A DNA stretch of 64,000 bases from Actinomycetota bacterium. Its GTDB lineage: Bacteria > Actinomycetota > UBA4738 > HRBIN12. Location of the stretch: contig DASQWI010000023.1 of NCBI GenBank assembly GCA_035640355.1, forward strand, positions 6,563 to 70,562. Reading direction: 5' to 3'. The translations under genes were made by a program, and so were the position numbers. Below are positions 28,070 to 37,278 of this stretch, one piece after another; the first letter of the stretch is position 1; every line of letters starts with the position of its first letter. The notes under the pieces were generated by a model. It did no database searches, was not told the DNA's origin, and was given only the letters and a program-made list of their open reading frames with translations.

Positions 28070-28285
28070 GTGGGCTCAGGATGCGGCGTGGCCAAGATCT
28101 GGGGACTGTCGAAAGCGGAGGCGAACTACCGTCAGGCGCCGCGCCCGGGCGTTCGGTGTCGCGACTGCAAGTTCATGTGGCCGCCGCTCGCGTACGGCGG
28201 GTGCCGCCTCGTTCGCGGGGTGATCCGCGGCGGGGACACCTGCAACGAGTTCACCTCGAGAGCCACGGGCGCCGGGCAAGGCTAG
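28070..28285 (+). CDS. Candidate small Cys-rich (zinc-ribbon-like) protein
   Basis: 71-aa ORF with CGVAK ... CRDCKF ... GGCRL ... DTCNEF. No family recognised. Antisense to the tail of a spurious frame. Low confidence. Confidence 0.25.
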   Translation: MGSGCGVAKIWGLSKAEANYRQAPRPGVRCRDCKFMWPPLAYGGCRLVRGVIRGGDTCNEFTSRATGAGQG

Positions 28286-28380
28286 CGCTCAGACGGGCGG
28301 GCGCATCCACGGCCGGAACTCGTATTCGAGCTCGTCGCGGATCGGCGTTCCGTCCGCCGCAACGAGCGGGATCTCCGGCT

Positions 28381-28770
28381 TCAGCGCGCGCGATCGCTCG
28401 AGGCGCCCTGGTGCACGCGAACGAGCCGGAAACCGACGTGCTCGTAGAAGCGCTGTGCCCTGGAGTTGTCGTTCGTCGTGATGAGCCACAGACGTTCGTG
28501 ACCCATGCTCTTGACGGAGTCGATCAGCGCCGCCCCGACCCCTTGGCCCTCCTCGAACGCGTCGATCGTCACGATCTCGCATTCGTCGCTCTCGATGATG
28601 AACGTCAGCAGGCCGACGGGGCGGCCATCGTCCTCGGCGACGAGGCCCGGTAACGAGGACGGTTCGTAGACCACGCCGTGTGCGACGACGATCGGCGAAC
28701 CCCACCGTTCGGCGACCTTCTCGCGCACCCAATCCCGGTCGCCGGGTCGGAGCGGCCGAACGAGGATCAT
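28381..28770 (-). CDS. GNAT family N-acetyltransferase
   Basis: 129 aa (MILVRPLRPGD ... EGQGVGAALI ... RFYEHVGFRL). ATGA overlap with the upstream flippase stop. Confidence 0.7.
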   Translation of the reverse strand: MILVRPLRPGDRDWVREKVAERWGSPIVVAHGVVYEPSSLPGLVAEDDGRPVGLLTFIIESDECEIVTIDAFEEGQGVGAALIDSVKSMGHERLWLITTNDNSRAQRFYEHVGFRLVRVHQGASSDRAR

Positions 28771-30407
28771 CGGGCGCGGCCGAAGACCTTACCCGCCATC
28801 GCGAGCACGCTCGCTCGTTCACTCTTCGGTAACCCGACCGCGAGCAACACCGCGACGTACACCACACCGCCGGCCGCGAACGAGACGACGAGATCGACCA
28901 ACCAGCGCTCCGACGGCATCGCGGCGTGGACCAGCGCCATCGCCACCCCGCCGGCGACGGTCGGCGGGACGAGCCGCAGGTATCCGGCATCGAAGGGGAA
29001 GATGCCCAGGAACCGCCGAACGAGCAGCAGCCGCGCGATCGCGCTGAACGTCAGCGTAGCGGCTTGGGCGATCGCGGCTCCCTCGACACCCAGCGCCTTG
29101 GGTCGAGCGAGTGCGAACGCAACCGCGACGTCGATGACGAATCCGCCCGCGTACACGAGCAGATCCCACGCGGTGCGCCCCGCCATGATCAGGATGAACC
29201 CGACCGTTCCGACCATGACCGGAACGATCATCCCCACGATGAGGATGCGAAGCGCTCCGTCGCCCGTGACGAAGTCAGCGCCGAAGATCCGCAGCACCTG
29301 ACCGGGAAGGATCGCCAGCACCAGGAGCACCGGGATCGTCGCCCCCAGCGTCCACCTGGTTACTTGTTTGTAGAGCGCGTCCAGCCGTTCGCGTTCGCCA
29401 CGATGATGGAGGTCGGCCACGAACGGGCTGAACGTCAACGAGACCGAGGTGAGGAACAGGAACAGCGACTGCCCGGCGCGGAGCACGGCTCCATACACAC
29501 CTGTTACCGCGGCGCCCTGCGCGCCCTCGCCGCTCCATAGCAGCGACAGCACGAAGAAGTCCGTCCAGAAGATCAGCTGACTGAACAACGTCGCGGGAGC
29601 TCGCAGCGCGCCGAACCGCAGCAGCGCCGACCTTCGTTCCTCCGGGAGCTCGCCGTCCTGGCGCGTGACGTCCGGGAAGCGCGCCTGTTCCTTCTCCCAC
29701 CCGAACCACGCGATCGCCAGCGCGAGCGCCCACGACGCGGCGAACGCCGCCGACGCGACACCGGCGGTCTCGTCGATCGCCGCCCAGAACGCGATCGTGA
29801 ATGCGATCCATCCGATCGGCTGCGCGATCCACTGCGAGTACAGCGTGTAGCGCATGATCTTGAGCCCTCGCGTCGCTCCCATGTACGTGAACGCGAGTGC
29901 ACAGACAGGGATCGCGAAAGCCGCCGCGCGGAAGGAGCCCTCAGCGGCAGCGGGCCGTCCGCTGAAAGCGTCTGCGAGCGAGGGCGCAAGGACGAACACG
30001 GCGACGCCGAACGGCACGGAGATCGCCATTGCGATCGCCGCTGAGCGCCAAACCAGCCCTCGAGCGCGCGCGGCCTGCGCTCGCCCGACGAGGATCGCAA
30101 CGAGACGAACGTTCGCGACATCCATCCCGAACCGCGTCGCCGCAGCGGCGATGAACGCGAACTGCGTCGTCAGGGTCACGACGCCGAAGCCCTCGTCGCC
30201 CAGACGCCTCGTGATGATTACCTGCGCCGCGAACGTGGCGAGCGCGCCGATCGCCAGCCCAAGGACGTTCTGCCCGGTATTCCCGAGGATGATCCGCTGG
30301 TCGCGGCCGTGGTCGCCGGTTGGTGGCGACGCCTCGAGCGCCTCGGTCTCCTCTGTCGCGGTCGGCTCGTCCACGCGCGCCCAAGTATTGCAGCGGTCCC
30401 TTCCCAT
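28767..30407 (-). CDS. MOP-superfamily polysaccharide/oligosaccharide flippase (Wzx-like)
   Basis: About 14 TM helices. N-terminal LGNTGQNVLGLAIGALATF typical of polysaccharide biosynthesis proteins. Start chosen at MGRDRC; the ORF extends to 30521. Confidence 0.65.
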   Translation of the reverse strand: MGRDRCNTWARVDEPTATEETEALEASPPTGDHGRDQRIILGNTGQNVLGLAIGALATFAAQVIITRRLGDEGFGVVTLTTQFAFIAAAATRFGMDVANVRLVAILVGRAQAARARGLVWRSAAIAMAISVPFGVAVFVLAPSLADAFSGRPAAAEGSFRAAAFAIPVCALAFTYMGATRGLKIMRYTLYSQWIAQPIGWIAFTIAFWAAIDETAGVASAAFAASWALALAIAWFGWEKEQARFPDVTRQDGELPEERRSALLRFGALRAPATLFSQLIFWTDFFVLSLLWSGEGAQGAAVTGVYGAVLRAGQSLFLFLTSVSLTFSPFVADLHHRGERERLDALYKQVTRWTLGATIPVLLVLAILPGQVLRIFGADFVTGDGALRILIVGMIVPVMVGTVGFILIMAGRTAWDLLVYAGGFVIDVAVAFALARPKALGVEGAAIAQAATLTFSAIARLLLVRRFLGIFPFDAGYLRLVPPTVAGGVAMALVHAAMPSERWLVDLVVSFAAGGVVYVAVLLAVGLPKSERASVLAMAGKVFGRAR

Positions 30408-30467
30408 CCGAGGATTCCGCCCTTCACGGCGGTAGCGTGCCTCGCACATGCGACGAGGAGGCTCCTG

Positions 30468-30830
30468 GTGACGACTGATGAGAAGTACGAGCTCGGCCGC
30501 ACGAAGCTCCGCGACGTGCACGGCGAACGTTCGCTCGAGACGATCGAGGCTCTAGGCGACCTCGGCAGGATGATCATCGAGGTCGCCTACGGCGACATCT
30601 ACTCAAGGCCCGGACTCAGCCTTCGTGAGCGCCAGATCGCCACGGTCGCGGTCCTCACTGCGCTGGGCCGCTCGTCACAGCTGCCGATCCACCTGCGGTC
30701 GTCGCTCTCCGCGGGACTGACCGTCGACGAGCTCCGCGAGGTGATCCTCCAGACGGCGGTACTCGCCGGGTTCCCGCCGGCGATGAACGCGTGGTCGACC
30801 ATGAAGACGATCGCCGCGGAACGCGACTAG
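30468..30830 (+). CDS. Carboxymuconolactone decarboxylase (CMD/AhpD-like) family protein
   Basis: GTG start after a GAGGAGG RBS. CMD-like helices (LRERQIATVAVLTALG ... LTVDELREVILQTAVLAGFP). Confidence 0.65.
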   Translation: MTTDEKYELGRTKLRDVHGERSLETIEALGDLGRMIIEVAYGDIYSRPGLSLRERQIATVAVLTALGRSSQLPIHLRSSLSAGLTVDELREVILQTAVLAGFPPAMNAWSTMKTIAAERD

Positions 30831-30870
30831 CCGTTCGGCCGCGATCCGTCCGCGATCGCGACGACTCGCT

Positions 30871-31308
30871 CTACGCCCCGCTCGCATCCTCCGCGGCCCA
30901 GCCGGTCACACGGTGGATGTCGATGGCCACCACCGGGCCATTCGGGGGCGTGATCGCGTACTGCTGATACTTCAAGTGAAGTGCATCGAGTGCCGCGCCT
31001 CGTTCCGAGCGAAAACGAACCACCCGCCCGGTGCCGTCGGCGCGGACCCACCACAGCCGTCCCCAGTCGTCGCTGTACTCGTCGACGAGGATCGCCGCGG
31101 ACGGGTTCGTCTCGATGTTGCGCAGTCGTTGCAGACGGCGCGATCGCTTCGGCTTCTCGTCCACGACCCAATACGCGACGAGGCCACCGTCTCGTTCGAG
31201 TACCGCGAACACGAGCGGCACCACGTGCGGCGAGCCGTCGGGCGTTACGGTTGCCAGCCGTCCGACGCGCGCCGTTCGGAGCCGCGTTATCGCTTCGCCT
31301 TCATCCAC
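30871..31308 (-). CDS. PPOX-class F420-dependent enzyme (pyridoxamine 5'-phosphate oxidase fold)
   Basis: 145 aa from a GTG start. Signature ARVGRLATVTPDGSPHVVPLVF ... DDWGRLWWVRADG. Confidence 0.7.
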   Translation of the reverse strand: MDEGEAITRLRTARVGRLATVTPDGSPHVVPLVFAVLERDGGLVAYWVVDEKPKRSRRLQRLRNIETNPSAAILVDEYSDDWGRLWWVRADGTGRVVRFRSERGAALDALHLKYQQYAITPPNGPVVAIDIHRVTGWAAEDASGA

Positions 31309-31758
31309 GTGACTATCCTGCTTCGCGTGACCGATCGCGTCACAGCGCGTGGCAACGACGCCCCTCCCCCGTTTCTGTCGCTCGACTTCGTCTACACGCC
31401 GAGCCGAGACGTGCCCGCCGACCTCGAGTACTTCACGAACACCCTGGGCGGCAGGGTCGTGTTCGCCATCGACTCGGACGGAACGAAGGTGGCCGCGGTC
31501 GAGCTCACTACCGGACCGCCGCTCCTTTTGTTGACCGACCACCTGAGCGGGGAACGCCCGATCCTCGTCTATCGCGTCGATGACCTGCGCGTCATGGCGA
31601 CCGAGCTCCAACGCCGCGGGTGGAAAGCGGAGCGAACGCTGGAGATCCCGCACGGGCCGTGCCGTTCGTTCCGAACGCCGGGCGGCCAACGCGTCGCGAT
31701 CTACGAGCTGACACGGCCGGAGGTGGCCGAGCACTTCTCCGGCCGTGTCGACTTCTGA
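31309..31758 (+). CDS. VOC/glyoxalase-family protein
   Basis: GTG start directly abutting the divergent PPOX start (CACGTG). Glyoxalase fold (LSLDFVYTPSRD ... YRVDDL). Confidence 0.55.
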   Translation: MTILLRVTDRVTARGNDAPPPFLSLDFVYTPSRDVPADLEYFTNTLGGRVVFAIDSDGTKVAAVELTTGPPLLLLTDHLSGERPILVYRVDDLRVMATELQRRGWKAERTLEIPHGPCRSFRTPGGQRVAIYELTRPEVAEHFSGRVDF

Positions 31759-31769
31759 GCGTTTCCGCG

Positions 31770-32477
31770 CTACCGCGCGACGAACGAACGCTCGGTCAGC
31801 GTCTGATTCCCTCCGGCGTCGATCGCGAGCACCTCGAACTTGTACTTGGTGTTCGGCTCGAGGAACTCGCTCGGCACGGTCAACCGGTGAACGTTTCCGG
31901 GAAGGTCGACCTCCATGACCCGGAGCGGTCGCTCGCGGGTCACGACGACCTGGTACGCGTCGATCTGGACTCCCTGGGGCTGCGCGCCCTCGCGCCACCG
32001 AATCACCACGTTGCTCGCATCGAGCCGAGCGCCGTCCTCCGGCGCGACCAGGTTCGGGCCGTTCGGGATGTCGTGGGTCAGCGTTGCGCTCCCCACGACA
32101 TCTTGTCCCTCGATCGTCGTGCCGGTGAATGTGTACTCACCTTCGGGGAAGAGCGTCTTGAACTGACTGAGGGGGAACTCGGTGAACGGCGGTTCGCTGC
32201 TCTCGGAGAACAGCTCGGTGAGGCCGTAGTCGTTCACCGGCCCGGCCGTCGCGAACTCGGCGATCTTCTGGCCGTCCGGTCGGAACACGGAGATCTGCCT
32301 CCAGGCATCTCCGTCGAGGAAGATCTGCAGACCGGCGTCACCGTCGGTCTGGTTGACCTCGACGATCACCTTCGCGGCCTCGAGGCGCACCGGTCCGGTG
32401 CCGGCGCCCGCGACGCCGATCGCGATCGGGACCAGCGCGAGAACGGAGAGCAGCACGAACCAAGCGCGTCGTCTCAT
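31770..32477 (-). CDS. Secreted hypothetical protein (signal peptide)
   Basis: 235 aa. N-terminal MRRRAWFVLLSVLALVPIAIGVAGAG. No family recognised. Confidence 0.5.
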   Translation of the reverse strand: MRRRAWFVLLSVLALVPIAIGVAGAGTGPVRLEAAKVIVEVNQTDGDAGLQIFLDGDAWRQISVFRPDGQKIAEFATAGPVNDYGLTELFSESSEPPFTEFPLSQFKTLFPEGEYTFTGTTIEGQDVVGSATLTHDIPNGPNLVAPEDGARLDASNVVIRWREGAQPQGVQIDAYQVVVTRERPLRVMEVDLPGNVHRLTVPSEFLEPNTKYKFEVLAIDAGGNQTLTERSFVAR

Positions 32478-32523
32478 CGTGAACGCTCCTTTCGGTCTGC
32501 GAACGTCGAGTGCTCGAACGCCG

Positions 32524-32865
32524 CTAGTCGTCGTCCGCGGCGCCCTCGTCCTCGTGCTCGTTCGCGCCGTCGTCGTCCGACTCCTGGCCGATCACGTTGA
32601 AGTTCTCGTCCAGCGCGACTTCGACGACGCTGCCGTCATCCAGTCGAATCTCGACGCCGTACGCGGCGCCGCCGTCCCCAGCTTCGGACTCGATGACGGT
32701 GCCACCCCCCGTGTGCTCGAGCGCCGCGGCCGTCGCCTGCTCGAGCGTCGAGCCGGTGAGCGGCTCGTCGTCGCCGAGTCCCGTGGCGATCGCGATACCC
32801 GTGCCGCCACCGATCACGGCGAGGGCGACGATGCCTCCGACGATCAACTTCCTCCTCCTGTTCAT
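32524..32865 (-). CDS. PepSY-domain small secreted/membrane-anchored protein
   Basis: 113 aa from MNRRRK with a GAAGGAGGAGAT RBS. TM anchor, PepSY-like core (ALEHTGGGTVIESEAGDGGAAYGVEIRLDDGSVVEVALDENFNVIG), acidic tail. Confidence 0.65.
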   Translation of the reverse strand: MNRRRKLIVGGIVALAVIGGGTGIAIATGLGDDEPLTGSTLEQATAAALEHTGGGTVIESEAGDGGAAYGVEIRLDDGSVVEVALDENFNVIGQESDDDGANEHEDEGAADDD

Positions 32866-32887
32866 ATCTCCTCCTTCGTGCGCTCGT

Positions 32888-33628
32888 TCACGCGCCCGCG
32901 CGAAAGCGCAGGAGCTCCTCGCGATCTGAACCGCCCGACACGCCGAGCGCCAACACCGGCCCGACACCTTGGGCGTACAACTTGTACTCGAGCACCTTCG
33001 GCGCGAGAGGACTGAAGTCCTTGGTGAGGAGCACGTTGCGGAAGTGTCCGAACGGCACCTGCGCCTGCTCGTCGAGGCTCACGATCGCGCCCGCGTCCTC
33101 GGCCTCGCCCGCGTAGTACTCCTGCCGATACGTCAGCCCGACCTGCGGGTCGCCGGGCACGACCACGCCGGCCATCGCTCCGTCGACCCCGTGCTCCCAC
33201 GACCCGGCCGTGGAGACGACGTCGCCGTTCTCGTACTCCTTGGTGTTCTCGCCGAGGTACCACACGTTCCCGCACACGTCCTGTGCGTACCAGTCGAACG
33301 TGTTCTCCACGAGCTGGCCCCGCTCGCTCACGACGTCGTGGACGACCGTCGCTTCGATCCCCTCGATGTCCCTGGTTCGCTCGAGCACGGTCACCGTCAC
33401 GCGCTGGGATCCCTCGAAGTCGAACTCGCGGGACACCCATCGCGTGCCGGGCGCCATCGGCCAGTAGGGGTTGTTGATCCGCGGAACGAAATCGGCCGGG
33501 TCGAGCGTCACCGTCTCGCTCCCCTGCGGGAGCGGATCGTTGCAGGACCTCGCGCCGGCGAACGTCGCGGGCAAGGCCGCGGCGGCGATCACCACCGTCA
33601 AGCCGATCCCGGTCAGCCAACGTCTCAT
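32888..33628 (-). CDS. Secreted hypothetical protein (signal peptide)
   Basis: 246 aa. N-terminal MRRWLTGIGLTVVIAAAALPATFAGA. No family recognised. In an operon with the two-component system. Confidence 0.5.
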   Translation of the reverse strand: MRRWLTGIGLTVVIAAAALPATFAGARSCNDPLPQGSETVTLDPADFVPRINNPYWPMAPGTRWVSREFDFEGSQRVTVTVLERTRDIEGIEATVVHDVVSERGQLVENTFDWYAQDVCGNVWYLGENTKEYENGDVVSTAGSWEHGVDGAMAGVVVPGDPQVGLTYRQEYYAGEAEDAGAIVSLDEQAQVPFGHFRNVLLTKDFSPLAPKVLEYKLYAQGVGPVLALGVSGGSDREELLRFRAGA

Positions 33629-33697
33629 GAGTGCCTCCTCGCTCTGTCGTCTCGACTTTGCCGCACGGCCGATGAGAGGACGGTGAACGTGCCGTGC

Positions 33698-35029
33698 CTA
33701 CGCCGGAAAGCGAAGGACGACCTCGGCGCCACGCGCCGTGTTCCGCGCCTCCGCCGACCCGCCGTGGGCCTCGGCGATGGCCCGAACGATGGCCAGACCG
33801 AGGCCGGTCCCGCCGTCCGAGCGCGACCGAGCGGCGTCGTCACGCGTGAACGGTTCGAACGCATCGGCGAGAAACTCCGGCGGGAACCCCGGACCGCTGT
33901 CCGACACCGAGATCGTCAGTTCGCCGTTCGCGCGCGCGAGCGCGACCGAGACGCGCCCACCCGGCGGCGCGTGCCGGAGCGCGTTGTCGATGAGGTTGCC
34001 GATCGCCTGCCGCATCCGAAGGGGATCGACGTCCGCGCGCACGCCGTCCTCAGCCTCGTCGTCGAGCGTGACGCCGCGCTCGGACGCGCGCCCCTCGAAC
34101 GTGGCGACGATGTCTCGAACGAGCGCCGCCGCATCGACCTGCTCGCGTCGAACGGGAAGCTTCCCGCCCTTGGCGCGAGCCAGGACGAGGAGGTCCTCGG
34201 CGAGGCGAACGAGCCGGTCGGTCTCCTCCGCGGCGCTTCGGAGCGCGACCTCGAGCTCGTCGGGCGTTCGCGCGCGCCGAATGGACAGGTCGAGCTCGGC
34301 CTTCAGGTTCGCCAGCGGTGTTCGGAGCTCGTGACTCGCGTCGTCGACGAAACGGCGTTCGCGCTCCAGAGCGCGCTGCAACCGTTCGAGCATCTCGTTG
34401 AGCGTGCGACCGAGGCGCGCGAGCTCGTCGTCGGTCTGGCCGACCGGCAGGCGTCGATCGGGCTCGGATGCCGAGATCGCCGCGGCCTCGGAGCGCATGG
34501 CCTCGACCGGCCGGAGCGCCGCGCCGACGATCAGCCACACCACGATGACGACGAGCGCGAGCGCCGCCGGGCCGCCGATCAGCAGGAGCGCGGCGAGACG
34601 AGCGAGCGCCTCTTCCTGATCTTCCACCGACGCTCCGACAAGGAGCACTCGTCCGTCGTCGAGCGGGACGAGCAGCACGCGCGCGGGAACGACCTCCTCA
34701 ACGGTGCGGGCGCTCGTGTCTTCGAACCTCGCCACGCGGACCTCGCCAGCGCGGATCGCCGCTGCCACGCCTGGTGTCGACTCGAGGACGTCGCCGTCCG
34801 CCGAGAGGATCTGGGCGAACGCCTCGTCGGCTTCGATCAGGCCTGCGGACGAGAGCGACGGGTCACCGGAGGACAACAGCGCGTCGGCGCGAGAGCGAAG
34901 CCCCAGGTCGACCGTCTCCCGAAGGTCCGCCTCGAACTGGACGTACACGAACACGCCGGCGGCGACGAGGATCACCGCAACGAGACCCGCCGACGCGAGC
35001 GTGAGGCGCGTTCGGATGCGCAGGCCCAT
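33698..35029 (-). CDS. Sensor histidine kinase (TM-HAMP-HisKA-HATPase)
   Basis: 443 aa. H-box DASHELRTPL; N-box IGNLIDNALRHA; G-boxes DSGPGF / GTGLGLAI. Confidence 0.85.
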   Translation of the reverse strand: MGLRIRTRLTLASAGLVAVILVAAGVFVYVQFEADLRETVDLGLRSRADALLSSGDPSLSSAGLIEADEAFAQILSADGDVLESTPGVAAAIRAGEVRVARFEDTSARTVEEVVPARVLLVPLDDGRVLLVGASVEDQEEALARLAALLLIGGPAALALVVIVVWLIVGAALRPVEAMRSEAAAISASEPDRRLPVGQTDDELARLGRTLNEMLERLQRALERERRFVDDASHELRTPLANLKAELDLSIRRARTPDELEVALRSAAEETDRLVRLAEDLLVLARAKGGKLPVRREQVDAAALVRDIVATFEGRASERGVTLDDEAEDGVRADVDPLRMRQAIGNLIDNALRHAPPGGRVSVALARANGELTISVSDSGPGFPPEFLADAFEPFTRDDAARSRSDGGTGLGLAIVRAIAEAHGGSAEARNTARGAEVVLRFPA

Positions 35030-35032
35030 CGT

Positions 35033-35719
35033 TCAGTTCCTCGCGCGGGGATCGATGCGGAACCGGTAGCCCGCGCCACGAACGGTCTCGATCGAGTCGC
35101 GCTTGAACGGTCGGTCGATCTTATTCCTCAGGTACCGCATGTACACGTCGACGACGTTCGAGTCCCCCTCGTACGCGAAGTCCCACACGTGCTCGATCAA
35201 CCGGCTCCGGCTGAGCACTTCGCCCACGTGCCGCATCAGGTACTCAAGGAGCGCGAACTCCTTCGCCGTGAGCTCGATGTCCTTCCGGCCGCGCCGCACG
35301 GATCTGGCGGTCGGGTCGAGCGTGAGATCGCCCGCTCGAAGGACCGTGGGACGTTCGACCGCGCCGCGCCGTACCAACGCTCGAACGCGCGCGAGGAGCT
35401 CGGCGATCGAGAACGGCTTGGTCAGGTAGTCGTCCGCACCGGCATCGAGACCCGCGACTCGGTCGGCGACGGCATCTCGCGCGGTGAGCATGATCACGGG
35501 GCTCCACCGTCCCGCCTTGCGAAGCTTGCGACATACGTCGAAGCCGTCGATGTCCGGAAGCATCAGGTCGAGCAACACCACGTCGTACTCGTTCTCCGTA
35601 CCGAGCCACACGCCGTCCGCGCCGTTTGCGGCCACGTCCACGGCGTACCCCTCCTCCTCGAGGGCGCGCCGAAGGAGCCCGGCCATCTTCACCTCGTCCT
35701 CGATGACGAGCACGCGCAT
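35033..35719 (-). CDS. OmpR-family response regulator
   Basis: 228 aa (MRVLVIEDEVKMAGLLRRALEEEGYAV ... LDLMLPDIDG ... DDYLTKPF) with a winged helix. Confidence 0.85.
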   Translation of the reverse strand: MRVLVIEDEVKMAGLLRRALEEEGYAVDVAANGADGVWLGTENEYDVVLLDLMLPDIDGFDVCRKLRKAGRWSPVIMLTARDAVADRVAGLDAGADDYLTKPFSIAELLARVRALVRRGAVERPTVLRAGDLTLDPTARSVRRGRKDIELTAKEFALLEYLMRHVGEVLSRSRLIEHVWDFAYEGDSNVVDVYMRYLRNKIDRPFKRDSIETVRGAGYRFRIDPRARN

Positions 35720-35870
35720 GTCAGGCGGAGCGTAGGTGAGTTCGGATGAGAGAGAAATGAGAGGCAGCTAGGCGTCGACGACGACGGCGGCCTGGCTGTG
35801 TCGAATTCCTTCCGGGCCGTTCGTCGTAGGGTCGTCGGACGGACTGGCCATCGGGCCGAGAGGAGGAGTC

Positions 35871-36188
35871 ATGGCTGATTTCGCTCTGCTCTACAGCGGC
35901 GGCGGCATGCCGGAGACCGAGGAGGAGACGGCTCGGGTCATGAAGGCGTGGAACGACTGGTACGAGGATCTCGGCAAGGCGATCAAGGACGCGGGGAACC
36001 CGTTTGGAGCCGCCAAGACGGTCGGCAGCGACGGCTCACTCCGGGACGGCGCCACCGGGTCGCCCCACACGGGGTACACGATCCTGTCGGCTGAGTCCCT
36101 GGACCGTGCAGCCGAGCTCGCCAAGGGCTCGCCGGTCCTTCAGGGCGGCGGCAGCGTCACCGTGTACGAGATCGTCGAGGCGATGTAA
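35871..36188 (+). CDS. YciI-like family protein
   Basis: 105-aa ORF. YciI family assignment is tentative. Confidence 0.6.
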   Translation: MADFALLYSGGGMPETEEETARVMKAWNDWYEDLGKAIKDAGNPFGAAKTVGSDGSLRDGATGSPHTGYTILSAESLDRAAELAKGSPVLQGGGSVTVYEIVEAM

Positions 36189-36218
36189 GGCACCACCCTC
36201 GGTCTATCCAACCGGCGA

Positions 36219-36248
36219 CCCCATCCGATCGGCAACGATCGGATGGGG
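36219..36248 (+). terminator. Perfect 13-bp stem / 4-nt loop hairpin downstream of the YciI-like gene
   Basis: CCCCATCCGATCG-GCAA-CGATCGGATGGGG seen directly, 30 nt after the stop. No U-tract, which is common in high-GC actinobacteria. Confidence 0.5.
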
Positions 36249-36339
36249 TTCACGGTGGGCGACGGATGCGCCTCATGCTGTCGCCACATGTCCTTGAGCG
36301 CGCGCCGAGAGCCGTTGGTGCGGACGCTACGCTACGCCG

Positions 36340-37260
36340 GTGGCTGAGCGCTTCGATCTGTTTGTGCTCGGCGACGCGAATCCCGACCTGATCCTCGGAG
36401 TCACGGCGGCCCCTTCCTTCGGACAGGTCGAAACGATCGTCGAAGACGCTGCTCTGGTGCTCGGCGGTTCCGGAGCCATCTTGGCCTGCGGCGCCGCCCG
36501 GCTCGGGCTCGGGGTGGCACTCGCCGGCGTCATCGGCGACGACCTGTTCGGAGCGTTCGTTCGTCGATCGATCGAGGACGAGGGGATCGACACGCGAGCT
36601 CTTCGCGTGGACGGGAACCGGCCGACCGGTCTCTCGGTGATCCTGGCTCGCCCCGATGACCGCGCCATCCTGACCTCGACGGGCACCATCGCGGACCTCC
36701 GCGGGTCGAGCATCGACATCGATCTCGTCGAATCTACCCGGCACGTGCACGTCAGTTCGTACTTCATGCAGCGCTCCCTCCAACGTGACCTGCCGGCGCT
36801 GTTCGACACGGCACACGCCAGCGGCTCGACGACGTCGATCGACCCCAACTGGGACCCCGATGAGCGCTGGGACTCCGGCCTGATCGAGCTCCTCGATCGA
36901 ACCGACGTCTTCTTCCCGAACACGGCCGAGGCGCGCCTGATTACGGGGATCGACGACGTGGAGGGGGCAGCCAAGGCACTGGCCGAACACGCGACAGTTG
37001 TTGCCGTGAAGCTGGGGACCGATGGCGGTTTCGCCGTCGACGCCGACGGTATCGTAAGGAGCGAGTCGGTCCCGTCGGAGGTCGTCGACACGATCGGTGC
37101 GGGCGACAGTTTCGACGCGGGGTTCCTCGCCGGCCGTCTGCTGGGGTGGCCGCTCGAGAGATGCCTGCGGCTCGCCGTAGTGTGCGGCTCCATCTCCACG
37201 AGGGCGGCTGGAGGAACCGCGGCTCAGCCGACGCTGAACCAAGCCATGGGGGCGATGTGA
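36340..37260 (+). CDS. PfkB-family carbohydrate kinase (ribokinase-like)
   Basis: 306 aa. C-terminal DTIGAGDSFDAGFLAG anion-hole motif; N-terminal GG-dipeptide region. Confidence 0.75.
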   Translation: MAERFDLFVLGDANPDLILGVTAAPSFGQVETIVEDAALVLGGSGAILACGAARLGLGVALAGVIGDDLFGAFVRRSIEDEGIDTRALRVDGNRPTGLSVILARPDDRAILTSTGTIADLRGSSIDIDLVESTRHVHVSSYFMQRSLQRDLPALFDTAHASGSTTSIDPNWDPDERWDSGLIELLDRTDVFFPNTAEARLITGIDDVEGAAKALAEHATVVAVKLGTDGGFAVDADGIVRSESVPSEVVDTIGAGDSFDAGFLAGRLLGWPLERCLRLAVVCGSISTRAAGGTAAQPTLNQAMGAM

Positions 37261-37278
37261 CGCGCGTTGTGAACGGTG

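Noticed and set aside
32969-35749. 926-aa + ORF
   Set aside because: Antisense to the HK and RR genes, which carry H-box, G-box and receiver motifs. The translation is Arg/Glu/Asp-rich with no domains.
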